DNA of 49,091 nt from the sequence record DRR378314_2518; one strand, given 5' to 3'. The notes below the pieces were generated by a model. That model was not told the origin of the DNA. It worked only from the letters and a program-made list of their open reading frames with translations, and did not search any database. The translations under genes were made by a program, and so were the position numbers. Of the stretch, positions 21,001 through 30,412 are shown piece after piece. Numbering within the stretch: the first letter of the stretch is position 1; each line of letters begins with the position of its first letter.

Positions 21001-21129
21001 GATGATGCAAAAATAGGGGCTAAAGACGGTTATAAGTCGGATCAGCCTACCTGGCACTGTGATACTGAACACGACTTTTGGTTAGATCACTTTACCGGCA
21101 AAGGGCATCAGCACGGAGGACAACACTAA
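18049..21129 (+). CDS. Exported two-domain amidohydrolase-family protein
   Basis: Signal peptide; two amidohydrolase repeats (PGFIDPYS...GKLAQGYKADFV and PGIIDEHSH...INSDS...GSVEKGKHADFV). Confidence 0.85.
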   Translation: MKKVHQFSALTLAVTSVLTASVAADQTSRTNGMRDNTPSLTAIQNATIITEPGKSITNATLVIENGAVQSIERNNRAPAGARVIDGTGYTIYPGFIDPYSSYGINVSSEQERSDTPIYNNEREGGNAANDAIHSQKHWFSEFKTNSENANKWVSQGFTSVQSANLDGIFQGQAVTVSLADKIPNDVIYQSEAKHFGSFDKGSSQQQYPSSLMGSIALVRQTLSDANWYENSYGKQSHNQSVEFNAALDSLTDIENTGIVFKVSNEKSLLRADDVFDQFKVPSVYVASGYEYARLDAVKNAGSDLILPLNFPAAPDVGGVDAHLDVDLAKLRHWERAPSNPAMLAEAGVNFALTLHDLENAESFWPNLRKAVKYGLSEEQALAALTTIPAKIAGVDDKAGKLAQGYKADFVMVKGDLFADGTIQSVWLQGEENELVSRDKVDFVGNYSMKLNDLDIEIAIKPGAALSGEVKANEKTSALRHVQSGNQSLSFVADLEAEPAGSWRFKLEPEAQGVFLVTAVSPQGEEVRLEAQMDSAESETETSGEAEPVNYVSELTFPNVAYGLDGLPERQDVLIRNVTVWTATDDGILEETDVLVRDGEFAAIGKNLSAPSGVTEIDGAGMHLTPGIIDEHSHIAIEGGVNEGSEAVTSEVRIGDVVNPDDIHIYRSLAGGTTMAQLLHGSANPIGGQAQVIKLRWGADANVMKFDAAPESIKFALGENVKQSNWGDNMTVRYPQTRLGVETIMRDAFQAALEYQQRKQAYERMSRSERNKVAAPRPDYRLETLLEILNSERFVHAHSYVASEILMLMEVAEDFGFTLDTFTHILEGYKVADEMAEHGASGSTFADWWAYKFEVYDAIPHNACLMKERGVLTSINSDSNDLQRRLNTEAAKSVLYCDMDPHEALKMVTINPAKQLKVDRYVGSVEKGKHADFVLWSHYPLSAYARAEQTWINGRKFFDRELDKQRQQAVKQEKNALIQKVLAAGDDAKIGAKDGYKSDQPTWHCDTEHDFWLDHFTGKGHQHGGQH

Positions 21130-22430
21130 TGAATAAATTACTTACAACCGTTAGTGCCGCATTAGTCAGTGCGCTGACGCTTAATAGTGCTGCGGCACAT
21201 GACGAAGTTCCGGGCGAAGAACAAAGCAACCCTATTGTACTTCAGGGAGGAACCTTGCATACCGTTTCTGATGGGGTGCTTACCAACTCAGACTTAGTGT
21301 TTGAAAATGGTAAAATCACCGCTATTGGTCGAGATGTCAGTATCCCGGACGGAGCTGAAGTCATCGATATTTCAGGTCAGCACGTGTATCCGGGGGTTAT
21401 TGCCATGGATACCACTATTGGACTGAATGAAATTGAAGCAGTAAGGGCAACCCGCGACGCGCGTGAAGTGGGTGATGTGCATCCTGAAGTTGCTGGCCAC
21501 ATTGCCTTTAATGCTGATTCGGAAATTATTCCGACGGTACGTTACCACGGCATTACACACGCTCAGGTGGCTCCTGAGGGCTCGCTGGTAGCAGGCCAGT
21601 CATCCTTAATGCATTTAGATGGCTGGAACTATCAGGACGCTCTGGTCGCCGGAGAAATAGGTGTGCATGTTTCCTGGCCGCGCACATACGTGGTGAATAC
21701 CTGGTGGGAGAGACGTTCACCTGAAGAACAGCGTAAAGCGAACGAGGAATCCCGTCAGCAACTAATGAAAGTCTTCGCTGATGCAAAGGCTTACTACGAT
21801 GCGAAGCAGGCCGATCGTAAAATTGATCTGGACCAGCGCTGGGAAGCTATGGCGGGTTTGTTTGACGGTAGTAAGAAGCTGTACGTACACGCCGACGACA
21901 AACGTCAGCTGGAGCAGGCTATTGATACCAGTCAGGAGTATGGTTTTGAATTGGTGCTTATGGGAGCCAGAGATGCCTGGCGTATTGCCGATAAGCTAGC
22001 TGAGCTTAATGTTCCCGTTGTTTTTGGCTCGCCTTACGGTCTGCCTGCCCGTAACGACGAAGGTTATGATCAGGCCTTTGCTACGCCGGCTCGTCTGGCT
22101 GAAGCCGGAGTAAATTTTGCTATCTCTTATCCGGGTTACTGGGACGTACGTAACTTACCTTTTGCTGCCGGAAACGCGGTTGCGTTCGGTCTGGATCAAC
22201 AGCAGGCTCTTGCGGCTATTACATTGAAGCCAGCAGAGATTATGGGAGTTGCCGATAAGCTGGGCTCACTGGAAGTGGGTAAAAGTGCCTCACTGAGTGT
22301 CTCTGAAGGTGACTTACTTGATCCAATAGGACAAAAATTAACGCACCTTTATATTGATGGACGCAAAGTAAGCTTAAGCAGCCGACATACGGAGCTTTAC
22401 GAGAAGTATCGTCAGAAGCCATCTGAATAG
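21129..22430 (+). CDS. Exported amidohydrolase-family protein
   Basis: ATG overlaps the upstream TAA; signal peptide MNKLL...AAA; HVYPG, ITLKPAEIMGVADKLGSLEVGKSA. Confidence 0.85.
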   Translation: MNKLLTTVSAALVSALTLNSAAAHDEVPGEEQSNPIVLQGGTLHTVSDGVLTNSDLVFENGKITAIGRDVSIPDGAEVIDISGQHVYPGVIAMDTTIGLNEIEAVRATRDAREVGDVHPEVAGHIAFNADSEIIPTVRYHGITHAQVAPEGSLVAGQSSLMHLDGWNYQDALVAGEIGVHVSWPRTYVVNTWWERRSPEEQRKANEESRQQLMKVFADAKAYYDAKQADRKIDLDQRWEAMAGLFDGSKKLYVHADDKRQLEQAIDTSQEYGFELVLMGARDAWRIADKLAELNVPVVFGSPYGLPARNDEGYDQAFATPARLAEAGVNFAISYPGYWDVRNLPFAAGNAVAFGLDQQQALAAITLKPAEIMGVADKLGSLEVGKSASLSVSEGDLLDPIGQKLTHLYIDGRKVSLSSRHTELYEKYRQKPSE

Positions 22431-22455
22431 CCGCTCTTTGGCTAAGTCTAAAACG

Positions 22456-22492
22456 AAAAAAGCCCCTGTCAGTTCAACTGGCAGGGGCTTTT
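22456..22492. terminator. Bidirectional intrinsic terminator
   Basis: AAAAAAGCCCCTGTCAGTT-C-AACTGGCAGGGGCTTTT between convergent genes. Confidence 0.9.
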
Positions 22493-22528
22493 CATTTTAA
22501 CGGACAATATTAATTATTAGATTTAGGA

Positions 22529-23323
22529 TCAGCTGTTTAATAAACGGGCGATAAGCTTTCTTAACGTTGCCGGTTCAAATGGTTTGTCCGTTAAGGCATC
22601 GACACCGCTTTGTTTTACGTTAGCAAGTTGTGGCTCATTGGCGCGTGCAGTCACCATGAGAACCGGAGTGTGAGCATGTGCGGAGCTATTACGAATGTAT
22701 TGAGTGAGTTCACTGCCGTTTACCTCTGGCATATGAAAGTCGGTGACGATCAAGTCAAATTGATGTTCCGCCAGAATATCAATGGCCTGCTGACCGTTCT
22801 CTGCCTCAACAAAGCTCTCAACACCCAGGTTTTCAAACACACGTCTTAAGACATGGCGCGAGGTCATGCTGTCATCAACAATCAAGACCCGTAAATCTTC
22901 TACGTCGTAAAGCTCCAGGTGAAGCGGCTCGGGTTCCATCATGTCCATGGTGGCGGTAATAGCACGCTGGAGCTGATCTGGCGTAAAAGGTTTTGGTAAA
23001 ATGGCAATAATACCCGCTTGTTTGAACTGCTCCAGCTGATCGGCACGATGTTCGGATGACACCAACATAAAATGTAAGGTATCTTTTAAATCGTTAGTGT
23101 TAATGAATTCAATGAGTTCATGTGAAGTGCCGTCAGAGAAATACATAGCGCTGGTGACAATATCGGGTTGCCAGCGAAGTATTTCTTCTTTTGCTTCAGC
23201 AATGGTTGAAGCGCCACGGGTATGCTGAATGCCCGCCTGCTTCAGGTGCTGAGTAATTACTTTTCTTTGCACATCGGAAGGTTCGATAAGCAAAATACGG
23301 AGTTCGTCAAAGGCTATTGCCAT
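22529..23323 (-). CDS. Tandem receiver-domain protein (pseudo-REC + REC)
   Basis: Domain 1 ILLIEPS...PDIVTSAMY...PKPF; domain 2 VLIVDDS...IVTDFHMP...DKPF; probable ATG at 23323. Confidence 0.85.
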   Translation of the reverse strand: MAIAFDELRILLIEPSDVQRKVITQHLKQAGIQHTRGASTIAEAKEEILRWQPDIVTSAMYFSDGTSHELIEFINTNDLKDTLHFMLVSSEHRADQLEQFKQAGIIAILPKPFTPDQLQRAITATMDMMEPEPLHLELYDVEDLRVLIVDDSMTSRHVLRRVFENLGVESFVEAENGQQAIDILAEHQFDLIVTDFHMPEVNGSELTQYIRNSSAHAHTPVLMVTARANEPQLANVKQSGVDALTDKPFEPATLRKLIARLLNS

Positions 23324-23424
23324 AATCACATAATTAGGATTTATTGTGATCGAAAGAGTAGGGTATTCAGCAGATAAACTCAATCAGAAAATCTGTGTTA
23401 TGCTCATTAAAAAAAGAGGTGAGT

Positions 23425-23730
23425 ATGAACGTTAGTCGCGACTTTTCAAATGATGGTAAGCAATTAGTTATTGCTATTAAAGGGAAATTTGACTTCAGTC
23501 TGGTACAGGAGTTCCGCCAGGCCTACAGTCATATTGGTGATTCACAGCCAACCGTAATTATCGACTTGAGGGAAACCGATTATCTGGACAGCTCTGCGCT
23601 CGGTATGCTGCTCAACATGCGTAAGTCTTTAGGCAGCAGTGTGAAAGGTATTCAACTGATTAATGCTAAACCGGACGTGCGTCGTATTCTCGATATATCC
23701 CGCTTTGATAAGATGTTTGTTATTGCCTGA
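23425..23730 (+). CDS. STAS-domain anti-sigma factor antagonist (CrsA/HsbA-like)
   Basis: KGKFDF, IDLRETDYLDSSALGMLL phospho-Ser motif; ATG at 23425 after GAGGTGAG. Confidence 0.9.
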   Translation: MNVSRDFSNDGKQLVIAIKGKFDFSLVQEFRQAYSHIGDSQPTVIIDLRETDYLDSSALGMLLNMRKSLGSSVKGIQLINAKPDVRRILDISRFDKMFVIA

Positions 23731-25400
23731 TGAAGGTACTGATTGTCGATGATCAGCCTGCTAACCAGCTGATGCTGAGTGGCTTGATTAAACGCTTTGG
23801 CCATCAGGTCACCTGCGCTGATAACGGCATTGAGGCTATAGATATTTTCGCCAGTCTGGCGCCGGACGTGGTGCTACTGGACGTTATGATGCCGGTTATG
23901 GATGGCTTTCAGACTGCTCCCCGGCTAAAAGCTCTAAGCGGCGATGTCCATTTGCCTATTTTATTTATTACGGCACTGGATGATCAGGAAACCTTGTTGA
24001 AATGTCTTGAGGCTGGAGGGGACGACTTTATTAGTGTGCCTTTTGAACCAGTTGTCTTGCAGGCAAAACTCAATGCTCACGCGCGGGTTCGCGAGTTAAG
24101 TTATTCCCTCAAAGGGAAAAATGAGACCCTAGCTTACCATTCTAACCGAATGGAGCGTGAGCAGAACGTTGTCAGGCACATGCTGGCTAACGCGCTGCAG
24201 GAAAACGAAACGGAATATCCATTCTTAAAAACCTACCTTGCACCGGCCAGCGAGTTTAACGGTGACTTAGTTCTCTCTAAAGCCGGACCTCTGGGAAATT
24301 TTTATCTGTTTGTCGGTGACTTCACCGGACACGGGTTAGCTCCTGCTACCGGTGCTCTTCCCGTTGCTCAAACCTTTTTTGATTCAGCTGAAAAAGGGCT
24401 CTCAATAGCTAACATGGTTGAAGAGTTTAACCGCAAACTGGTTAAGCTGTTACCCGATGACATGTTTTGTGCTGCTTTTGTTGCTGAGTTGTCAGCCAAT
24501 GGCGATCGTTTAACTTATTGGAATGGTGGCATTCCTGATGCTCTGCTGATAAATGAAGCCGGAGAAGTCGAGAAGCGACTGGTGCCTGAGCATATGGCAT
24601 TGGGCATTTTGTCTCCGGAAGAGTTCAGTAGTCAGGTTAGTCATTGTTTTGTTGAGAAAAACATCCGCCTGATAACCTATACCGACGGTGTGGTGGAGAT
24701 GACCAACAAGGCTGATGAACGATTATCTGAACGGGGATTCGAGGCTCTGTTGTTACGCTATGCCCGCGAGCGAGACTTTGAGGGGTTAGTCGGATCATTC
24801 CAGACTTTTCAGCAAGGGCAAGAACAGTTTGACGATATTTCATTGGTGTGTCTGGATTGTGAAGCCACCAATTTACCCGTTAGCCAGCCTGATACTAACG
24901 TAACTCATTTGCCCTTTCGGTTAGTGGTTTATTTAAAAGAAAATGAGATTAAAGGGCGAGATCCAATTATCAAGCTGGTGGATTCTTTAAGCCATCTTGA
25001 AGGTATCCGCGCGCACAAAACAACCTTGTATTTATTGTTAGCAGAAGCTTTTAACAATACCCTGGAACACAGCGTTTTGCAGCTGGACTCGGGAATTAAA
25101 GAGACCGGGCAGGGGTTCGATGAATACTACCGGACACGGGAAGCGCGGTTGGCTGTTTTAGAAGGGGTAGAAATAGAAATTGATATTGAATACAAACCGG
25201 ATAACAAATTGCTTTCGTTTAGTATTTCATCCAATAGCGGAAATGGTTTTTCGGAATATCAGCAAGTATCCGACGATGACGAACAACAGGCGTTTGGTCG
25301 TGGATTACAGCTGATAAGAAACTTTTCAAGCCATGTTGAGTGGCGTGATGACGGACGACGTCTATATATTGAATACGACCTTAGCCGCCCGCACGCTTAA
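23730..25400 (+). CDS. Fused receiver / PP2C (SpoIIE-type) phosphatase / GHKL anti-sigma kinase (CrsR/HsbR-like)
   Basis: LLDVMMP receiver; NGD, GDFTGHG, YTDGVVE, FDDISL phosphatase motifs; EAFNNTLEH and FGRGLQLI kinase boxes; ATG overlaps the STAS TGA. Confidence 0.88.
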   Translation: MKVLIVDDQPANQLMLSGLIKRFGHQVTCADNGIEAIDIFASLAPDVVLLDVMMPVMDGFQTAPRLKALSGDVHLPILFITALDDQETLLKCLEAGGDDFISVPFEPVVLQAKLNAHARVRELSYSLKGKNETLAYHSNRMEREQNVVRHMLANALQENETEYPFLKTYLAPASEFNGDLVLSKAGPLGNFYLFVGDFTGHGLAPATGALPVAQTFFDSAEKGLSIANMVEEFNRKLVKLLPDDMFCAAFVAELSANGDRLTYWNGGIPDALLINEAGEVEKRLVPEHMALGILSPEEFSSQVSHCFVEKNIRLITYTDGVVEMTNKADERLSERGFEALLLRYARERDFEGLVGSFQTFQQGQEQFDDISLVCLDCEATNLPVSQPDTNVTHLPFRLVVYLKENEIKGRDPIIKLVDSLSHLEGIRAHKTTLYLLLAEAFNNTLEHSVLQLDSGIKETGQGFDEYYRTREARLAVLEGVEIEIDIEYKPDNKLLSFSISSNSGNGFSEYQQVSDDDEQQAFGRGLQLIRNFSSHVEWRDDGRRLYIEYDLSRPHA

Positions 25401-25716
25401 CTTTATAGCCTTCCTTTTTTAACCAGCTTTCAATGCTGTCGCGCTGGTCGCCTTGTAGTTCTATTTCGTACTCTTTAACCGCGCCACCAACGCCACAGAA
25501 CTGCTTGAGTTTTTTTGCAATCGACTTTAACTCTGTTTGCGGTTTATCCAGCCCAGTGACAATGGTTACTCCTTTGCCCTTTCGACCTTTGGTTTCGCGG
25601 CGAAGGCGGACAATACCATCACCTTCAGGAACTTCCTCCGGTTCAGGTTCCGGATCAATACGTCCCGAGTCTGTTGAATATACCATTTGGCTTAGTTGGT
25701 CTTTCCAGTCCGGCAT
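25381..25716 (-). CDS. yciH: SUI1-family translation factor YciH
   Basis: VYSTDSGRI, DGIVRLRRETKGRKGKGVT, CGVGGAVK, IELQGDQR, VKRAGG; probable ATG at 25716. Confidence 0.93.
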   Translation of the reverse strand: MPDWKDQLSQMVYSTDSGRIDPEPEPEEVPEGDGIVRLRRETKGRKGKGVTIVTGLDKPQTELKSIAKKLKQFCGVGGAVKEYEIELQGDQRDSIESWLKKEGYKVKRAGG

Positions 25717-25721
25717 TCTCT

Positions 25722-26480
25722 CTACCATTTTCTCTTAGGTTGAAACAGTTCTTCTAAATCGTCTTCTTTTTTATGTTTTTCTTTGTCTCGCGTATGAGCA
25801 TCTTTCAACTCTTGTGCAATTTGTTCCAGCGCTTTTTTAATCGATTGCTGGCGCGACGTAGTGTAGTCGTCGCTAAAGCTCTGGTCTTCTATGGTGCGTA
25901 ATGCTTTTTCATAATACTGTCTGGCGGAACCTAACATCTGACTTTCGTAAGCATGACGGCCCCGGCGTATTAAGGTTTCAATACTAATTTTCAGTTGCAA
26001 CTTGGTCAAACGCTGATCTTCGACACTAAAAACATTGCTGTCGACCCGACCGCGGGAATGCTCATTGCGTAAAGTAGAACGTAAACGCTTCAGTCCATTG
26101 ATCATTGCTATGATTTGCTTGTTGTTTTCCGGGATCTCAAAGTCTTCACTGATTAACGAGGTGTCGTTACGGTCAACACTTTGTATGCGCTCTTCGTAAT
26201 CCTGTATTCGCGCCTTATAGTCTTTTGACGGCGATGCTGCGTTCATACCTTTAAGTATTTCTAACGCACGGCTATTAAGAACCACCAGCATGGATTTACC
26301 AATAGGGAAGAAGCTCGACATATGAATGAGATCTTCGATCTGTTCAAGCGAACTGCGAAAGCGCGCCAACTTCTTACGCCGCTCTAGTTCTAAACGCTGT
26401 CTGTTCTGTTGTACCGCACCAACTATAATTGCCATTATTATTAGTAATATAATCAATGCGATGACAATGGTGTAAATCAT
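25722..26480 (-). CDS. Membrane-anchored helical hypothetical protein
   Basis: N-terminal TM followed by coiled-coil/TPR-like helices (GSARQYYEKAL); C-terminus LFQPKRKW. Confidence 0.75.
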   Translation of the reverse strand: MIYTIVIALIILLIIMAIIVGAVQQNRQRLELERRKKLARFRSSLEQIEDLIHMSSFFPIGKSMLVVLNSRALEILKGMNAASPSKDYKARIQDYEERIQSVDRNDTSLISEDFEIPENNKQIIAMINGLKRLRSTLRNEHSRGRVDSNVFSVEDQRLTKLQLKISIETLIRRGRHAYESQMLGSARQYYEKALRTIEDQSFSDDYTTSRQQSIKKALEQIAQELKDAHTRDKEKHKKEDDLEELFQPKRKW

Positions 26481-26508
26481 ATTACGCTCGTTAAGTTATA
26501 ATTATTTT

Positions 26509-27192
26509 TCAGGGTAATGTTAAAGAGAAAACACCACCACCTAAGTGTCCATTATTTTTCAGCTCGATAAAACCTTTTTTATTATTTCGCTCATGGGCAC
26601 TTGCTATCATCTGAGCAAAGTATAGACCTAATCCCGTCCGGGATTGCTGAATATTCAATTGTTGTATCGGCATAGCGGCGTTTTCCAGCATACTAGCAGG
26701 AAAACCATCGCCATTGTCGTGAACCATAATACGACATCCACCATCTTCGGTTATCTCTACTTTTATAAAGAGCTTATCGGCTGTGTAGCGCATTGCATTA
26801 ATGATGATGTCATTAAGCAGATTAAAGATTAGGTCCCTGTCGAACCAGCCTGTTGCTGTTTCATCAATGTCGGTGCTGACAGTAATGTTCCGCTGCTCAA
26901 GATAGAGCTCATTGTTTAGCAACAGCTCTTCGACAAGTTCGTCGACGTGGTGCTGGTCGCTATTGAGTGGTAAAGCGTTATTGTCGTTGCGATAAAGCGT
27001 GAGCATTTGCATCAAACTTGAATTGATACGCTGAGCCTCATAATGGACTTTCGCCATTTTTTCTGTTGCACTGCTGTCAGCGACCTGTTCTGATACTTCT
27101 TCTATCATCTGAATGAGTAAGCACAGTGAATTTTTCATGTCGTGCACAGAAGAAGCCAGGACGGTTGAAAAATCAAATGCGGGTTGGGTCAT
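26509..27192 (-). CDS. Cytoplasmic histidine kinase without an input domain
   Basis: H-box SSVHDMKNSL about 15 aa from the probable ATG (27192); INAMRY, HDNGDGF, TGLGLYFA, GGVFSLTLP. Confidence 0.85.
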   Translation of the reverse strand: MTQPAFDFSTVLASSVHDMKNSLCLLIQMIEEVSEQVADSSATEKMAKVHYEAQRINSSLMQMLTLYRNDNNALPLNSDQHHVDELVEELLLNNELYLEQRNITVSTDIDETATGWFDRDLIFNLLNDIIINAMRYTADKLFIKVEITEDGGCRIMVHDNGDGFPASMLENAAMPIQQLNIQQSRTGLGLYFAQMIASAHERNNKKGFIELKNNGHLGGGVFSLTLP

Positions 27193-27305
27193 AGATGACA
27201 GTTCCTGTGGTCCAAAGAGAAGCCTCGACAAAATACTGTTGCGATAGCTTTTATATTTGTCATAGTTATCAAGATTATTATAGTATTTTCTTATATCACA
27301 TTTAG

Positions 27306-28304
<999 letters not shown>

Positions 28305-28327
28305 GCACCGGCAGCAGCATCAACTGG

Positions 28328-29701
28328 TTAACATTCAATAATATTGACTGCCAAACCACCGCGAGCGGTTTCTTTGTATTTGGTTTTCATATCGTTGCCG
28401 GTGTCCCACATGGTTTTAATCACTTTATCCAGAGACACTTTATGATCGCCTTCGCCTCGCATGGCTAAGCGGGCGGCATTAATGGCTTTAACCGAGCCCA
28501 TGGCGTTTCGTTCAATACAGGGTACTTGTACTAAACCTCCCACCGGGTCGCAGGTTAGACCCAGGTTATGCTCCATACCTATTTCTGCCGCATTCTCGAC
28601 TCTTGACGGGTCACCGCCCATAAATTCGGCCAGGGCACCAGCGGCCATTGAACAGGCAACACCCACTTCACCCTGACAACCGACTTCAGCACCTGAAATT
28701 GAAGCATTTTTCTTATAAAGAATACCGATAGCAGCTGAAGTCAGTAAGAAGCGCACGACTGCATCTTCGTCCAGCGTTTCGATGAATCTGTCAGCGTAGC
28801 TCATTACCGCAGGAATAATGCCAGCGGCTCCGTTAGTCGGGGCTGTTACAATGCGCCCGCCTGCGGCATTTTCTTCGTTAACGGCTAAAGCGTATAAATC
28901 GACCCAGTCCATGACCTGCATGGCATCGCTGGATTTTTCTTTCTTCAGTCGCTGATATAAAGACGATGCGCGGCGACGCACTTTAAGTCCACCCGGCAGA
29001 ATGCCTTCGGTAGTAATACCGTTTTTGATGCTTTCCTGCATGGTGCGCCAAATCTTCATTAATCCGGCCCGAATATCCTCTTCACTGCGGAAGACTTTTT
29101 CGTTAGCCATCATTAATGAACTCATGCGCATACCGTGCTCTTTGCAATGCGCCAGAAGATCCGCTGCACTGTCAAACGGATATGGAATAGGTTTAGACGA
29201 CTGTTCTATCGCTTCTTCCAGCGTCTCGTCAAAATCTTCATCGCGCACAATGAAGCCACCGCCGATGGAGTAATACAGGTCGCTATAGATGATCTCACCG
29301 TCTTTTAGCAGCTTGAGTTCCATGGCGTTGGCGTGTTTGGGCATGGTTTTGCGGCGGTGAAAAGTAATGGCGCCTTCGCTGGGAAAGGAGACTTCTTTCT
29401 CACCAAGCAAGTTTAGCTTTTCAGTCTTTCGAGTTTGCTCCAGAAAATCTTCCACGCTGTCAGTGTCTACTGTTTCTGGTGTCTCGCCCACGAGCCCAAG
29501 GATAACAGCTTTGCCGGTACCATGACCTTTACCCGTTTGGCCAAGTGATCCGAACAGTTCGACTTTTATGCCATCGGCGTTATTTAGATGCCCTGATTTT
29601 TTTGCGGCATGCAAAAATTCATAGGCTGCTTTCATCGGCCCCACAGTGTGAGAACTGGAAGGACCAATACCAATTTTGTAGATATCAAAAACGCTGATCA
29701 T
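28328..29701 (-). CDS. sdaA: L-serine ammonia-lyase (Fe-S dependent)
   Basis: [60 protein letters not shown] at 29701. Confidence 0.96.
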   Translation of the reverse strand: MISVFDIYKIGIGPSSSHTVGPMKAAYEFLHAAKKSGHLNNADGIKVELFGSLGQTGKGHGTGKAVILGLVGETPETVDTDSVEDFLEQTRKTEKLNLLGEKEVSFPSEGAITFHRRKTMPKHANAMELKLLKDGEIIYSDLYYSIGGGFIVRDEDFDETLEEAIEQSSKPIPYPFDSAADLLAHCKEHGMRMSSLMMANEKVFRSEEDIRAGLMKIWRTMQESIKNGITTEGILPGGLKVRRRASSLYQRLKKEKSSDAMQVMDWVDLYALAVNEENAAGGRIVTAPTNGAAGIIPAVMSYADRFIETLDEDAVVRFLLTSAAIGILYKKNASISGAEVGCQGEVGVACSMAAGALAEFMGGDPSRVENAAEIGMEHNLGLTCDPVGGLVQVPCIERNAMGSVKAINAARLAMRGEGDHKVSLDKVIKTMWDTGNDMKTKYKETARGGLAVNIIEC

Positions 29702-29797
29702 ATTTATCCTTACCTGTCGCGCATGCGTATTCTGTTTATTATAGTATTGTCGCACGATTCATGTGGGGGGAATCAAGTTTTAAGCAAAAATAAGTGG

Positions 29798-30412
29798 TCA
29801 GTTCAGTGGTCTGAAGTGATTTTTGCCGTCGGGCTGCAGTTGCTCTGATAACTCACGTAAAATACCGGCGGTTGCGCCCCAAATATTCCGGTGCTGCCAG
29901 GGAATAAAATACACCCGGTCGTAGATAAATTTCCGAATACGATAAACGTAGTGGTTACCATGATCGAGAATATCAGCCAGCGGTACTTCAAAAATTTCAG
30001 CGACTTCACTTTCCTCGGCAACCAGCGGCTGTTGCGGTGAGACAAAAGCCACGTAAGGTCGGATCATAAAATAAGATAGCACAGGGTAGTCGTGTAAACG
30101 TCCTATGACTTCGACTTGACTGCGGGGTAAGCCGATTTCTTCTTCGGTTTCCCGCAATGCTGTATCCAGTAAGTCGCTATCGGTTTCGTCAAAGCGACCT
30201 CCGGGGAAACTGATTTGACCCGCATGCTTGCGCAATTTGCTGGAGCGCCGGGTAAGTATTAACGACAACCCATGCGTACGCTCAACAATTGGGATTAACA
30301 CCGCCGCGGGGCGCAAACGTTTGCGCAAAGGCTCATCAATTCTGCGCTCAACCGGCGGTGAAGGATAAAGGCTAAAGCGACGAATAAAGTCTGCGCGAGT
30401 ATTAATTGTCAT
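29798..30412 (-). CDS. nudL: Nudix CoA pyrophosphatase
   Basis: AAVLIP, LTRRS..LRKHAGQISFPGG, ALRETEEEIG, IWGATA; follows pabB. Confidence 0.88.
   Translation of the reverse strand: MTINTRADFIRRFSLYPSPPVERRIDEPLRKRLRPAAVLIPIVERTHGLSLILTRRSSKLRKHAGQISFPGGRFDETDSDLLDTALRETEEEIGLPRSQVEVIGRLHDYPVLSYFMIRPYVAFVSPQQPLVAEESEVAEIFEVPLADILDHGNHYVYRIRKFIYDRVYFIPWQHRNIWGATAGILRELSEQLQPDGKNHFRPLN

Noticed and set aside
23351-23377. Possible sigma28 promoter (GCAGATAA) upstream of the STAS gene
   Set aside because: The -10 has a mismatch and no TAAA -35 lies at the right spacing.
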